NCBI GenBank assembly: GCA_037033105.1
Contig: JAZBLF010000008.1
Coordinates: 93,192-157,191, forward strand
DNA length: 64,000 nt
Reading direction: 5' to 3'
Source: Bacteroidota bacterium
GTDB lineage: Bacteria > Bacteroidota > Bacteroidia > Flavobacteriales > Weeksellaceae
The position numbers and the translations under genes are program-made. Position 1 is the stretch's first letter, and every line of letters begins with the position of its first letter. This document shows, one piece after another, positions 39,797-49,241 of this stretch. Below the pieces are notes generated by a model. The model made no database searches, was not told where the DNA came from, and saw nothing but the letters and a program-made list of their open reading frames with translations.

Positions 39797-42511
39797 ATGA
39801 GAAAACTACTCTTCCTTTTCACGTTGCTCTGCCTCAATCTGAATGCTCAGACTTATAATTTCACCGGAAAAGTGAGCGATGACAGCAATACACCGTTAGA
39901 AAACGCCACGGTTTCGCTCATCAGAGAAAAGGATTCTTCCATCATCAATTATTCGGGAACCAACAAAAACGGTAACTTCAGTTTCAAAGTTCCGGCGCAG
40001 ACTGAGCCTTCTGTCCTGCAGATCTCAAGTGACAAGTTCCGTTCGTTTTCGAAAAAGCTGGCGGTCATCAATAAAGACGAAGAGGTCAGCAGCATTGCAT
40101 TGATAAAAGACCTTGTCACCAATATAGAAGAAGTCCAGCTGACAGCGTCTCCGGTGAGAATCAAGAAGGATACGGTAGAATATACGGCTTCTTATATCAA
40201 AGTGAAACCTGATGCAAAAATTGATGATTTGCTTAAAGAAATTCCCGGTGTAGAAACGGATGAGGACGGGCGGATCACCATCAATGGCCAGCCTGTAAAT
40301 AAAATTCTGATCAACGGAAAACCATTTTTTAATAAAGACGGAAGCGTTGCCCTGCAGACCTTCCCGGCTGATATCATCAAGAAAATACAGTTTACCACAT
40401 CCAAATCCCGTGAAGAGGAATATACCGGAAGGACGCCGAAATCCGACAGTATGACGGTCAATTTCAACATTGACGAGAAGAACAATAAGGGCAACCTCAA
40501 CAATCTGAGTCTGGGATACGGAACGAACAAACGCTATGAGGGCAACCTTTTTATGACGCGGTTCAAGGGTGACCGGAATATCGCACTCATTGCCGCTTCC
40601 AACAACATCAACACAACGGGATTCTCTGTCGACAGCTTTTTCGACAGTGGCGGTGGGAAAAGCAAGAATGCTGCTGTGAATGGGCGCGCCGTCAACAGCG
40701 GCATTTTGAGAACTTCTATGCTGGGCATCAATTATGCTGATAAAATAGGTGGAAATCTGGATCTGGAAAAGCTGAGCCTGCAGTACAATGACAGCAATCT
40801 GGAAACCTATTCCAAAACGTCCCGCACCACCTTCCTTCCTGAGTATAAATTAGACAAAAATTCTGAACGCAGTGGCAACGCCGACACACGGAAATTCAAT
40901 GCGAATACTGATGCCAATATCCGGATAGATCCGCTGACGAATGTTATTATCTCTGCCAATTTCGCAAACACGTCCACTGACAGCGAGACAGAAAGCAGCA
41001 CGTTTACCCTGCGGGATGACGAGAATCTGAACCGCAACCAGAGTTCTGTCCGCGGAAGTTCTGAAAACAACAACTTTAGTCCTACAATTGCCCTCACCAA
41101 GAGATTCCAGAAGCCCGGGCGATCCTTTTCAGCCTCTCTCAGCAACACTTTTGCGCAGAGTGTCAACAGAAATTACAATCTTCAGGAGACGCAGTTTTTC
41201 CAGACGCCGGAAGATAATGACTACCGGAACCAGTTTCTGCAGACCAGAAATTCGAGAAATATTCTCGGCGCCAATGTCAAATACTACGAGCCCATTTCGG
41301 ACTCGGCCACCATCTCTCTGGAGATGAACTTTGACCATCAAAATCTGACTAATGAAAGGACTGTCAATGATTTTAACCCAATTTCAGAGCAGTATTCAGA
41401 CTTCAATGTGCTTTTATCCAACAGTTTAAATCAGAATAATAATTTCCTCAATACAGAAATCAATTATAACCTCAACAAAGAAAATCTGAACTTCCGGGCG
41501 GGAGCAAACCTCAATTACTCCAGGATGAGCCTCAACTCCATTTATAATCAGGACAACATTCTGACGAGGAAAAATTTTGTATTGCCGGAATACAACGTGA
41601 TGCTGCAGTACAAGTTCTCCAAAACGAAAAGCCTGAGGATTACCAACACTGCGACGTATACGCTGCCGCAGGCTTCAGAACTCAATCCATTCATCGACAT
41701 TTCCAATCCTGTGAATACCTTTCAGGGGAACAAGGATCTGAAAAGCATCTGGCAGAATACCACCAATATCAACTACAATTCGGCAGATCTCCCACGCGGA
41801 ATCAACTTTAATGCAAGGCTGAATTTCAGCTATACGGATAATGATATTGTAGATTTTTCACAGTACGACGCTGTATCCGGCAAGCAGTTCAGCACGTTTG
41901 TCAACATCAGTGGCAATAAGCGTCTTGGATTGAATACTTCTTTTACAAAAACCTACAAATGGAACGGAAACCGCCTTACACTGTCGCCCAATCTGTCCTC
42001 TAGCTACAGCTACAGAAGAGGCTTTGTAGACGGCGCACAATTTACAAACGATATCTACGACATCTATCCCCGACTGAATGTAAAGCTGAACTGGAAAGAC
42101 AAAATGGACATCCGTTCTTCCTTTGGAATCAACTATTCATATTCGCATTATACAAATTACAGCCTGGACAAAACCAAGATTGCCAATCAGAACATCAGTA
42201 TTGGAACTACCAATTACTTTCTTAAAAAAGACCTTTTCTGGGAAAATGATTTCCGGTACACCAACAATTCCAATATTTCTGCGGGATTCAACAGAGCATC
42301 GTACTTCTGGAACTCCAGTCTCACTTATCAGTTTTACAAAAAACAGATGATGCTCAAATTTAAAGTATATGATTTGCTGAATCAGCGTCAGAATATCACG
42401 AGAACGATTGGCGACAATTATGTAGAGGATAAAGAAGAACTCATTCTTAGACGCTACTTTATGCTGACTTTGATTTTTAAATTCAATAAAATTGGTGGCA
42501 ATAAATCCTGA
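39797..42511 (+). CDS. Outer-membrane beta-barrel protein with carboxypeptidase-regulatory N-domain and plug-like domain
   Basis: Signal peptide; G.VSD...PLENATV; DDLLKEIPGVE plug; C-terminal YDLLNQ...RYFMLTLIFKF. Confidence 0.8.
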   Translation: MRKLLFLFTLLCLNLNAQTYNFTGKVSDDSNTPLENATVSLIREKDSSIINYSGTNKNGNFSFKVPAQTEPSVLQISSDKFRSFSKKLAVINKDEEVSSIALIKDLVTNIEEVQLTASPVRIKKDTVEYTASYIKVKPDAKIDDLLKEIPGVETDEDGRITINGQPVNKILINGKPFFNKDGSVALQTFPADIIKKIQFTTSKSREEEYTGRTPKSDSMTVNFNIDEKNNKGNLNNLSLGYGTNKRYEGNLFMTRFKGDRNIALIAASNNINTTGFSVDSFFDSGGGKSKNAAVNGRAVNSGILRTSMLGINYADKIGGNLDLEKLSLQYNDSNLETYSKTSRTTFLPEYKLDKNSERSGNADTRKFNANTDANIRIDPLTNVIISANFANTSTDSETESSTFTLRDDENLNRNQSSVRGSSENNNFSPTIALTKRFQKPGRSFSASLSNTFAQSVNRNYNLQETQFFQTPEDNDYRNQFLQTRNSRNILGANVKYYEPISDSATISLEMNFDHQNLTNERTVNDFNPISEQYSDFNVLLSNSLNQNNNFLNTEINYNLNKENLNFRAGANLNYSRMSLNSIYNQDNILTRKNFVLPEYNVMLQYKFSKTKSLRITNTATYTLPQASELNPFIDISNPVNTFQGNKDLKSIWQNTTNINYNSADLPRGINFNARLNFSYTDNDIVDFSQYDAVSGKQFSTFVNISGNKRLGLNTSFTKTYKWNGNRLTLSPNLSSSYSYRRGFVDGAQFTNDIYDIYPRLNVKLNWKDKMDIRSSFGINYSYSHYTNYSLDKTKIANQNISIGTTNYFLKKDLFWENDFRYTNNSNISAGFNRASYFWNSSLTYQFYKKQMMLKFKVYDLLNQRQNITRTIGDNYVEDKEELILRRYFMLTLIFKFNKIGGNKS

Positions 42512-42607
42512 GTTTAAAACATATTAGAATAAATATAAAAAAAGCTGGATCGAGTTTGATTTTAAAATTATTCTACGCTTTAATATCAATGATCTATATG
42601 GTTTCCA

Positions 42608-43576
42608 TCAATACAAAACCTCCTTCATCAGGATACTCTCGATATCATTTGGATAATCTACGGTGATCATCTGGTCAGAATTGATCCAGTTCCGGATTTT
42701 TTCAGGATCCAGCCTGTCGCAATTTGCAACGCCCATTTTCTGAAGCGCAAAAGCATTACACTCCTGCTCGTATTGGTTTTCTATCGGGATCACAAACAAT
42801 TTTTTGTCCATAAACAAAGCTTCTGCAGGTGTTTCAAAGCCGGCATTGCAAAGGATGCCTTCGCAGGACTCAAACAGTTCCAGGTATTTTTTCTCATCTA
42901 TCGGGAAGATTTCCACATTATTGAATCTCTGAATCTGTTTTGCATATTTGGAAAAAACCTTCCACTGGACATCAATTCTCGTCAGAAAATTGCTGATCAC
43001 CTCGTCAGAAAAGCTTGGCAGATACACTAGAAAGTGGCTCTGGTCTGTAGGATTGAGATTTCTTATCTTCTGCCGGATGACCGGTTTTTTGATATGCGGA
43101 TGATAACTGTCAAAATGAAACCCGATTTTCTTCTCACAAGGGACATAGCTGTTGAGGATCAGATTCCCCAGCCAGTGCTTCTTCGCAGGTTTTGGCGTTT
43201 CCTTAAAAGTAAGAGAAGCCTGATGGCTAAGTTCTATAATGGGCAGCCCGCGCAGTTTTGAAGCCCAGCCGGTAAGTGGCTCAAAATCATTGATAATGAG
43301 ATCATAAGCATCCAGATCCAGATCGCGGATTACCTTTGCAGCTTTGCAGAAGTTGTTTTCCAGCAGCGTTTTTCGGTAGGACAGCCCTCCAGTTTTATTA
43401 TACATCAAGGAGACACCCTTGAAACGGTAATCGATATCGAAATCCGACTTCAGCTGCGTCTGATGCCCGCTGATCAAAGTATCTACCAGCGCGTGTTTTT
43501 TCAGAATCGGAATGATTTCCTGAGCTCTGGCTAGATGTCCGTTTCCCGTGCCCTGGAAGGCGTATAATACTTTCAT
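42608..43576 (-). CDS. GT-B fold glycosyltransferase family protein
   Basis: MKVLYAFQGTGNGHLARA, INDFEP, CNAGFETPAEAL, QYEQ.CNA; start moved to ATG 43576. Confidence 0.85.
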   Translation of the reverse strand: MKVLYAFQGTGNGHLARAQEIIPILKKHALVDTLISGHQTQLKSDFDIDYRFKGVSLMYNKTGGLSYRKTLLENNFCKAAKVIRDLDLDAYDLIINDFEPLTGWASKLRGLPIIELSHQASLTFKETPKPAKKHWLGNLILNSYVPCEKKIGFHFDSYHPHIKKPVIRQKIRNLNPTDQSHFLVYLPSFSDEVISNFLTRIDVQWKVFSKYAKQIQRFNNVEIFPIDEKKYLELFESCEGILCNAGFETPAEALFMDKKLFVIPIENQYEQECNAFALQKMGVANCDRLDPEKIRNWINSDQMITVDYPNDIESILMKEVLY

Positions 43577-43636
43577 TGATTTGGATTGATTTGAGTTTTT
43601 ATAGAGTTTCAAATGGGTGGCAGTAAACCTCAGTTT

Positions 43637-43875
43637 GTTTTATATATTCTGAGTTTAGTTTTAACTTTCATCACATTTGTTTTAACTTTTCACATCTGTG
43701 TTTTACATTCCGCTGCATCAGTTTTCACTTTTTTCTAAGTTGTTTTACATTATTGCGACTATGTTTTAGCTTGCCGCATCACTATTTTAATTTTTAGCAG
43801 TTTAGTTTTAGATTCCCTCGTTGCTGTTTTAATTTTGAGCGAATTGGTTTTATAATCCTGCTGCTGCGTTCTAAT
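43637..43875. repeat. 21-bp periodic degenerate tandem array
   Basis: GTTTTA-like hexamer at 43637, 43658, 43679, 43700, 43721, 43742, 43763, 43784, 43805, 43826, 43847 and 43868; 9 of 12 are exact; 15-nt intervening segments vary. Confidence 0.85.
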
Positions 43876-43980
43876 TTCCCTCACATTCAGTTTAGGTTCG
43901 CGCGACCACAGTTCAGGTTTTAGCAGCATATGGCTCGTCAATGTTTCACCAGTTCACTTTTTACAATGTATATCCTGTAA

Positions 43981-44832
43981 TCAGGCAAGCTGCGTCACAA
44001 TCTTCATCAGCTCTTCACCGTTCATTTCTTTTAAGTCCTCAGATTCTTCATCATTCAGATTATGTTTTTCATCTTCATAGACAAAAAGTTTCCACTCGCC
44101 CTTGTCATATTCCAGAGCGGAAAGATTTTCCACCCAGTCACCGGAATTCAGATAGGTGCATTTTCCTTTTTTGCCAACCACTTCCCGGATTTGAGGTTGA
44201 TGAATATGGCCGCAGATCACGTAATCGAAACCATTTTCTATTGCCAGTTCAGACGCCGTCAATTCAAAATCGCCGATATACTTCACGGCTTTCTTCACGT
44301 TATTCTTTATCTTTTTGGAAAATGAATATTTCTCTCTTCCTATTTTCTCCAGAAACCAATTCACAAGATTGTTGAAGGCTATCAGCAAATCATAACCTTG
44401 TCCGCCAAGTTTCGCAATCCATTTGGAATGCTGAACCGAAGCATCGAAAACATCACCATGGAAAATCCACGCTTTCTTGTCGCCGAGCTTCAAAACGTGT
44501 TTGTTGCACAGCTTCAGTTTTCCCAGTTCAAAATCTGTAAAGTTTCGGAATGCTTCATCGTGGTTGCCTGTGATGTAAAAAACTTCTGACTCCTTGGTCG
44601 CAAAAGAGATCAGTTTCTTCACTACTTTTAGGTGCGATTTCGGGAAATAAGACTTTTTGAACTGCCAGATATCGATGATGTCGCCATTCAGAATCAAAGT
44701 TTTTGGACGGATAGAGTTGAGATAACGCAGCAATTCCTTCGCCTTGCAACCGTAAGTTCCCAGATGGACATCAGAAATAATGACAATTTCAACATCTCTT
44801 TTCATAGCTGGATAAAGGGCGATTTCATTCAC
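43981..44832 (-). CDS. LpxH-like metallophosphoesterase (UDP-2,3-diacylglucosamine diphosphatase family)
   Basis: ISDVHLG, NGDIID, GNHD, FHGD, CGHIH, NSGDW. Confidence 0.88.
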   Translation of the reverse strand: MNEIALYPAMKRDVEIVIISDVHLGTYGCKAKELLRYLNSIRPKTLILNGDIIDIWQFKKSYFPKSHLKVVKKLISFATKESEVFYITGNHDEAFRNFTDFELGKLKLCNKHVLKLGDKKAWIFHGDVFDASVQHSKWIAKLGGQGYDLLIAFNNLVNWFLEKIGREKYSFSKKIKNNVKKAVKYIGDFELTASELAIENGFDYVICGHIHQPQIREVVGKKGKCTYLNSGDWVENLSALEYDKGEWKLFVYEDEKHNLNDEESEDLKEMNGEELMKIVTQLA

Positions 44833-45156
44833 AATCAGATTTATACAAAGAACGATTTCTAATCTTAACTGTGCGTGAATGCTATTTTATATTTATAGAG
44901 TCAGAAACCGCCGATTTTCTGATTGTCTTAATATTAATTTAAAAAATAAGCGGTTATTCTCTCAAAAATATTAGTTTTGTTCAGTTACAATTTACATTGG
45001 GTCTTGTGATGCTGAGATTTAAACACAAAGCACACAAGGATTTTTAAAATTGAAACAGCTTTTAGGGTCACAAAGCCTCTTCGCTTATGAGAGAATTTTA
45101 TTCTTTTGTTAAGTTTTACGGCTTGTGTTCAAACTATTTAAATCTATAAGAAAGTT

Positions 45157-46392
45157 ATGAAAGGTCAGAATAAACTGTTTATCGCCATTATCGTCGCATT
45201 GATTTTGGGCGTCATCTTAGGCGGAATTGTCCACACCAGTTATCCGGAATCGAATGCAGAATTTGCTGAAAACATCAAGTTGCTGGGAACGGTTTTCATC
45301 CGACTGATTCAGATGATCATTGCACCGTTGGTTTTCTCCACTTTGGTCGTGGGAATTGCAAAAATGGGCGACATCAAAATGGTGGGACGCGTTGGGACAA
45401 AGGCGATGCTTTGGTTTATCACAGCTTCTCTCGTTTCCCTTACAATTGGTTTGGTTTTGGTAAATTGGCTGGAACCCGGTCACGTAACGCAGCTTCCGAT
45501 TCAGGATGTTTCCTCCGCCTCCGACATTGTCCAAAACAGCAAAGGATTTTCTATGGAAGACTTTGTGACGCACATTATCCCGAAAAGTTTATTCGAAGCT
45601 TTTGCGACCAATGAAGTACTTCAAATTGTGGTTTTCTCCGTAATGTTCGGGATTGCACTTTCTGCAATGGGCGAAGATTATGTGAAGCCAGTTATCAAAG
45701 GGCTTGACATCATTGCTCATGCCATTTTGAAAATGGTGGGTTATATTATGTGGGTAGCGCCGTTGGGTGTTTTCGGAGCGATTTCTGCGGTAGTTGCTAC
45801 AAATGGTTTTGAGATTTTCAAAGTCTACGCCATCTATTTACGTGATTTCTTCTTTGCACTCGGCATTCTTTGGCTGGTACTTTTATTAGTTGGCTATATG
45901 ATTCTCGGCAACAGACTTTTCGAATTGTTGAGAAGAATCAAAGAACCTTTATTAATTGCATTTTCCACCACAAGTTCCGAAGCCGTTTTCCCGAAATTGG
46001 TAGAAGAACTGGAAAGATTTGGCTGCAATAGCAGAATTGTTTCTTTCATTTTGCCTTTGGGATATTCCTTCAATCTGGACGGAAGTATGATGTATATGAC
46101 CTTTGCCTCGATTTTCATTGCACAGATTTACGGCATCGATATGCCACTGGGGCAGCAAATCATAATGCTTTTGGTATTGATGCTGACAAGTAAAGGAATC
46201 GCCGGCGTTCCGAGAGCGAGTCTGGTAATCATCGTTGCCGCTTGTGGAATGTTTGATATTCCGGTGGAAGGCATTGCCTTGATTTTACCAATTGACCACT
46301 TCTGCGATATGGGAAGAAGTATGACGAATGTTTTGGGTAATGCTTTGGCGACGTCTGCGGTGAGTAAGTGGGAAGGGCAGTTGGAGAGTTAG
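45157..46392 (+). CDS. Dicarboxylate/amino acid:cation symporter (GltP/DctA family)
   Basis: FIRLIQMIIAPLVF, AFSTTSSEA, GYSFNLDG, SKG.AGVPR. Confidence 0.93.
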   Translation: MKGQNKLFIAIIVALILGVILGGIVHTSYPESNAEFAENIKLLGTVFIRLIQMIIAPLVFSTLVVGIAKMGDIKMVGRVGTKAMLWFITASLVSLTIGLVLVNWLEPGHVTQLPIQDVSSASDIVQNSKGFSMEDFVTHIIPKSLFEAFATNEVLQIVVFSVMFGIALSAMGEDYVKPVIKGLDIIAHAILKMVGYIMWVAPLGVFGAISAVVATNGFEIFKVYAIYLRDFFFALGILWLVLLLVGYMILGNRLFELLRRIKEPLLIAFSTTSSEAVFPKLVEELERFGCNSRIVSFILPLGYSFNLDGSMMYMTFASIFIAQIYGIDMPLGQQIIMLLVLMLTSKGIAGVPRASLVIIVAACGMFDIPVEGIALILPIDHFCDMGRSMTNVLGNALATSAVSKWEGQLES

Positions 46393-46417
46393 AATAATAT
46401 ATGGAATATAAAAGAAA

Positions 46418-47098
46418 ATGAAATTTGGTATAATTAACATTAGTACTCTTTTCATTGTATTAATTATTTTAATTTGTTCAAGCATTTTAACCTACATTTC
46501 TATTTTCAAGGGACTATTTATAAATGGAAATTTAATATTTATTGCAAAATTTTTTCTTGCGCTAATTATATTGATAAACTTCTTTACAATTGCATTTATC
46601 ATTTTTAGGTTTAGATTAATAATAATCACTAATCGAGACATTTTTATTTTTTATCCATTTAGGTTTTTAATAATCAAAACGAAAATGGACAAAATTAAAA
46701 ATTTGAATTGGAGTAGTTATACTGATTCAAAAGCCATCTATTTTAGACAGCTTACATTCGAAACAGAAAGTAATAAATCAATTAATCTTTGTGATAAAGA
46801 ATTTGAAAATCTCGATTATATCTCACAAGCATTAGGTCATAATACATTTGCTAACAAAAAAGTTGAGCAATTGAATTTTGAAAGAGCAAAATCTAATAAA
46901 GCAACACAATTTTATAATTTAATTTGTATAATATTCCTCATTTGTTCCTTAGTTTTTGTTACAATTAAAATGGAAAATTGGAATAACAATACATCAATTA
47001 TGTTAGGTTTATTTTCAATTTTTACATTCACTATGTTTTATTTTAGTCTAAAAAAATATCTCATATATAAAAAAACCCTTCGACTCCGCTCAGTGTGA
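46418..47098 (+). CDS. Hypothetical AT-rich membrane protein
   Basis: 226 aa with about 4 TM segments; the last codons and stop come from a Family B repeat. Confidence 0.6.
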   Translation: MKFGIINISTLFIVLIILICSSILTYISIFKGLFINGNLIFIAKFFLALIILINFFTIAFIIFRFRLIIITNRDIFIFYPFRFLIIKTKMDKIKNLNWSSYTDSKAIYFRQLTFETESNKSINLCDKEFENLDYISQALGHNTFANKKVEQLNFERAKSNKATQFYNLICIIFLICSLVFVTIKMENWNNNTSIMLGLFSIFTFTMFYFSLKKYLIYKKTLRLRSV

Positions 47099-47200
47099 CA
47101 AAGTTAAAATGAATCGCTTTTCGGCGCTGTCAGTCTGAGGTTCTCGAAGACTTTATAAACTCAAGTTCCATTGGATATTAGATTCTTTCAGAATGACAAA
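47078..47200. repeat. Cluster of TGTCA-ended REP-like elements
   Basis: 47078-47100 CTTCGACTCCGCTCAGTGTGACA; 47128-47151 TGTCAGTCTGAGGTTCTCGAAGAC; 47180-47198 AGATTCTTTCAGAATGACA. Confidence 0.85.
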
Positions 47201-47264
47201 ATTGTATTCAACGATGTAATAAATCCAAGGCCCAAACTGTCCTTATGTCGTAAACAGATAACTA

Positions 47265-48716
47265 ATGAAACAAGCCTTCTTAATTTTATTCTTTTTCAAT
47301 CTTTCATTTTTAGGATTTTGCCAAAAAGCGGAGCAAATAAAATCAATCGACAGCTACCTGACCGAAGTGATGAAAACTTACGAGATTCCAGGTTTGGCAG
47401 TAGGCGTTGTAAAGAATGACAAAATCATTTTTCAAAAATATTATGGCAGAGAAAACTTGGAATCTGATAAAGAAGTGGATTCCAATTCGCTTTTTAGGGT
47501 TTATTCTACGACGAAACTGATTACCAATATTGCCGTTTTCCAATTGATTGAAAAAGGACAACTTTCGCTTGACGACAAAATTTCGAAGTATGTTGACCAT
47601 CTTCCAAAAGAATGGCAGGATGTGAAAATAAAAAATCTGCTGTCGCATTCTTCGGGCATTCCTGATTTCGCCCGATATGAGGATATTTCTGCCGATGCCT
47701 CGAACGCTGAAGTTTTTGCAAGGTTGGCAAAGGAAAAAATGGAATTCGAGACTGGCAATCAATTCAGTTACAATCAGACAAATTTTATGCTTTTGGCTTT
47801 GATTATCGAAAAAATAAGCGGACAAAAATTTGATGATTATGTTCTGAAAAATCAATTTTTTGATGCTAAAAATAAAGTTATATTCTCTTCCAATTCTCTT
47901 GAAGAAATTCCGAATCGTGTTCAATTATACCGATACAACGACTCGCTAAAACAGTACAAAAAATCTACGCACGTTGGAGGTTTTAGATCTCACCCTGGTA
48001 ACGGATTGGCAATCTCGCTTCCCGATTTTCTGCAATGGAGCATCCATTTCGATAAAAATCAATTGCTGAAGGACGAGACGAAAAAGCTGATGTGGAAACC
48101 GTTTGATTATTCTAATAAGCAAGATGTTTTTGCACACGGCTGGGAAATTACCAAAACCGGAAGTGTAAATTCTTATGGATTTTCTGGCGGAAATGTAAGT
48201 GCTTACAGTATTTTTCCGGAGAATGATTTGTCTATCATTTTTATGTCAAACGGTTACAAATACAATGCTTTTCCGCCGCTTTATTTTATCGTCAACCACA
48301 TTGCAGGATTGATTGATAAACATTTGTCCAATCCATATTTATCCAGAGAAGAATCTGTTATTTATGATTTAATTAAAAAACCTGAAGTCAAAAAGGAAAT
48401 TTACGGTTATCGGATTGAGAATGACAATGTGATTTTCACTTACAAAATCCCTGAAGATTTAAATGCTGAAGCTATAGACAAAATGTCTCTCGCAGGTTCT
48501 TTCAATGACTGGAATCCTGGGAATACAGTTTATCGAATGGTTTTGAAAAACAAAAATACGTTTGAGTTGGTTTTGCCAAAGTCTCAATTCGAGAAAGGCA
48601 AGACTTATGAATTCCGATTTGTGATGAACAAAAATGGCTGGTTGACGACACCTTACAGCGCACTCAATACCAATGGAAATCCGAATGATAATAATTTGAC
48701 TTTGAAGGTTGATTAA
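47265..48716 (+). CDS. Beta-lactamase-family serine hydrolase with C-terminal CBM48-like domain
   Basis: Signal peptide; YSTTK (SxxK), LLSHSSG, YNQ, HGW...GFSGG; C-terminal LAGSFNDWNP...YEFRFVMN..W. Confidence 0.8.
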   Translation: MKQAFLILFFFNLSFLGFCQKAEQIKSIDSYLTEVMKTYEIPGLAVGVVKNDKIIFQKYYGRENLESDKEVDSNSLFRVYSTTKLITNIAVFQLIEKGQLSLDDKISKYVDHLPKEWQDVKIKNLLSHSSGIPDFARYEDISADASNAEVFARLAKEKMEFETGNQFSYNQTNFMLLALIIEKISGQKFDDYVLKNQFFDAKNKVIFSSNSLEEIPNRVQLYRYNDSLKQYKKSTHVGGFRSHPGNGLAISLPDFLQWSIHFDKNQLLKDETKKLMWKPFDYSNKQDVFAHGWEITKTGSVNSYGFSGGNVSAYSIFPENDLSIIFMSNGYKYNAFPPLYFIVNHIAGLIDKHLSNPYLSREESVIYDLIKKPEVKKEIYGYRIENDNVIFTYKIPEDLNAEAIDKMSLAGSFNDWNPGNTVYRMVLKNKNTFELVLPKSQFEKGKTYEFRFVMNKNGWLTTPYSALNTNGNPNDNNLTLKVD

Positions 48717-48731
48717 TCATTAGTGCAAACA

Positions 48732-49040
48732 CTTCTGCTCTGCTCAGTGTGACATTTCTAATACTATTCGTATTATTGTAAAATTGTCAGTCTGAGCGGA
48801 GTCGAAGACTCTTACCTATTTAAAAACGTTCTTTATTGGATTTAGAGTGACTTCTTAAAACCACTTTGTTAGGTTTCCTCCGGAATGACAAAATTGTATT
48901 TTCATTGTTAAAACTGGATTCGAAGACAAAACCCCTAGCCCTGATGGTAGTGGAAATCCTTTTTTGCGTGGACATAGCGAACCTAAGCCTGACAAAACGT
49001 GAAGCAAAAAAGATTGCAGCGGACAGCAGGTTCCCGGCTC
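48732..49040. repeat. Cluster of REP-like elements (Families B, C and A)
   Basis: 48732-48754 degenerate Family B; 48785-48807 TGTCAGTCTGAGCGGAGTCGAAG; about 48871-48890 AGGTTTCCTCCGGAATGACA; about 48935-49030 Family A GGAAATCCTTTTTTGC...GCAAAAAAGATTGCAGCGG. Confidence 0.8.
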
Positions 49041-49241
49041 CTGGAATGGGTTGGAGTGTGGGAAAGTTTGAGGGTTTGAGAGTTTAACGTAACGCTTATC
49101 TCTCGAACACCAAAACGCTCCAACTCTACCACCCAACACGCCTGCCAAAAATCATCAACATAGACAGAATCAGAAACCGTATTGATTCTAAATTAATTTT
49201 AAAATCCGTAAATTTGTGGCATTCAAGAATAATAAAATTTT

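Noticed and set aside
43637-43875. CRISPR array
   Set aside because: The conserved part is only 6 nt and the spacers 15 nt, far below CRISPR dimensions, and there are no cas genes. Kept as an unexplained periodic array.
47171-47419. Paralogous small ORFs sharing NDKIVF (also 48866-49087)
   Set aside because: The shared peptide is the translation of the Family C repeat, and this ORF overlaps the real hydrolase gene.
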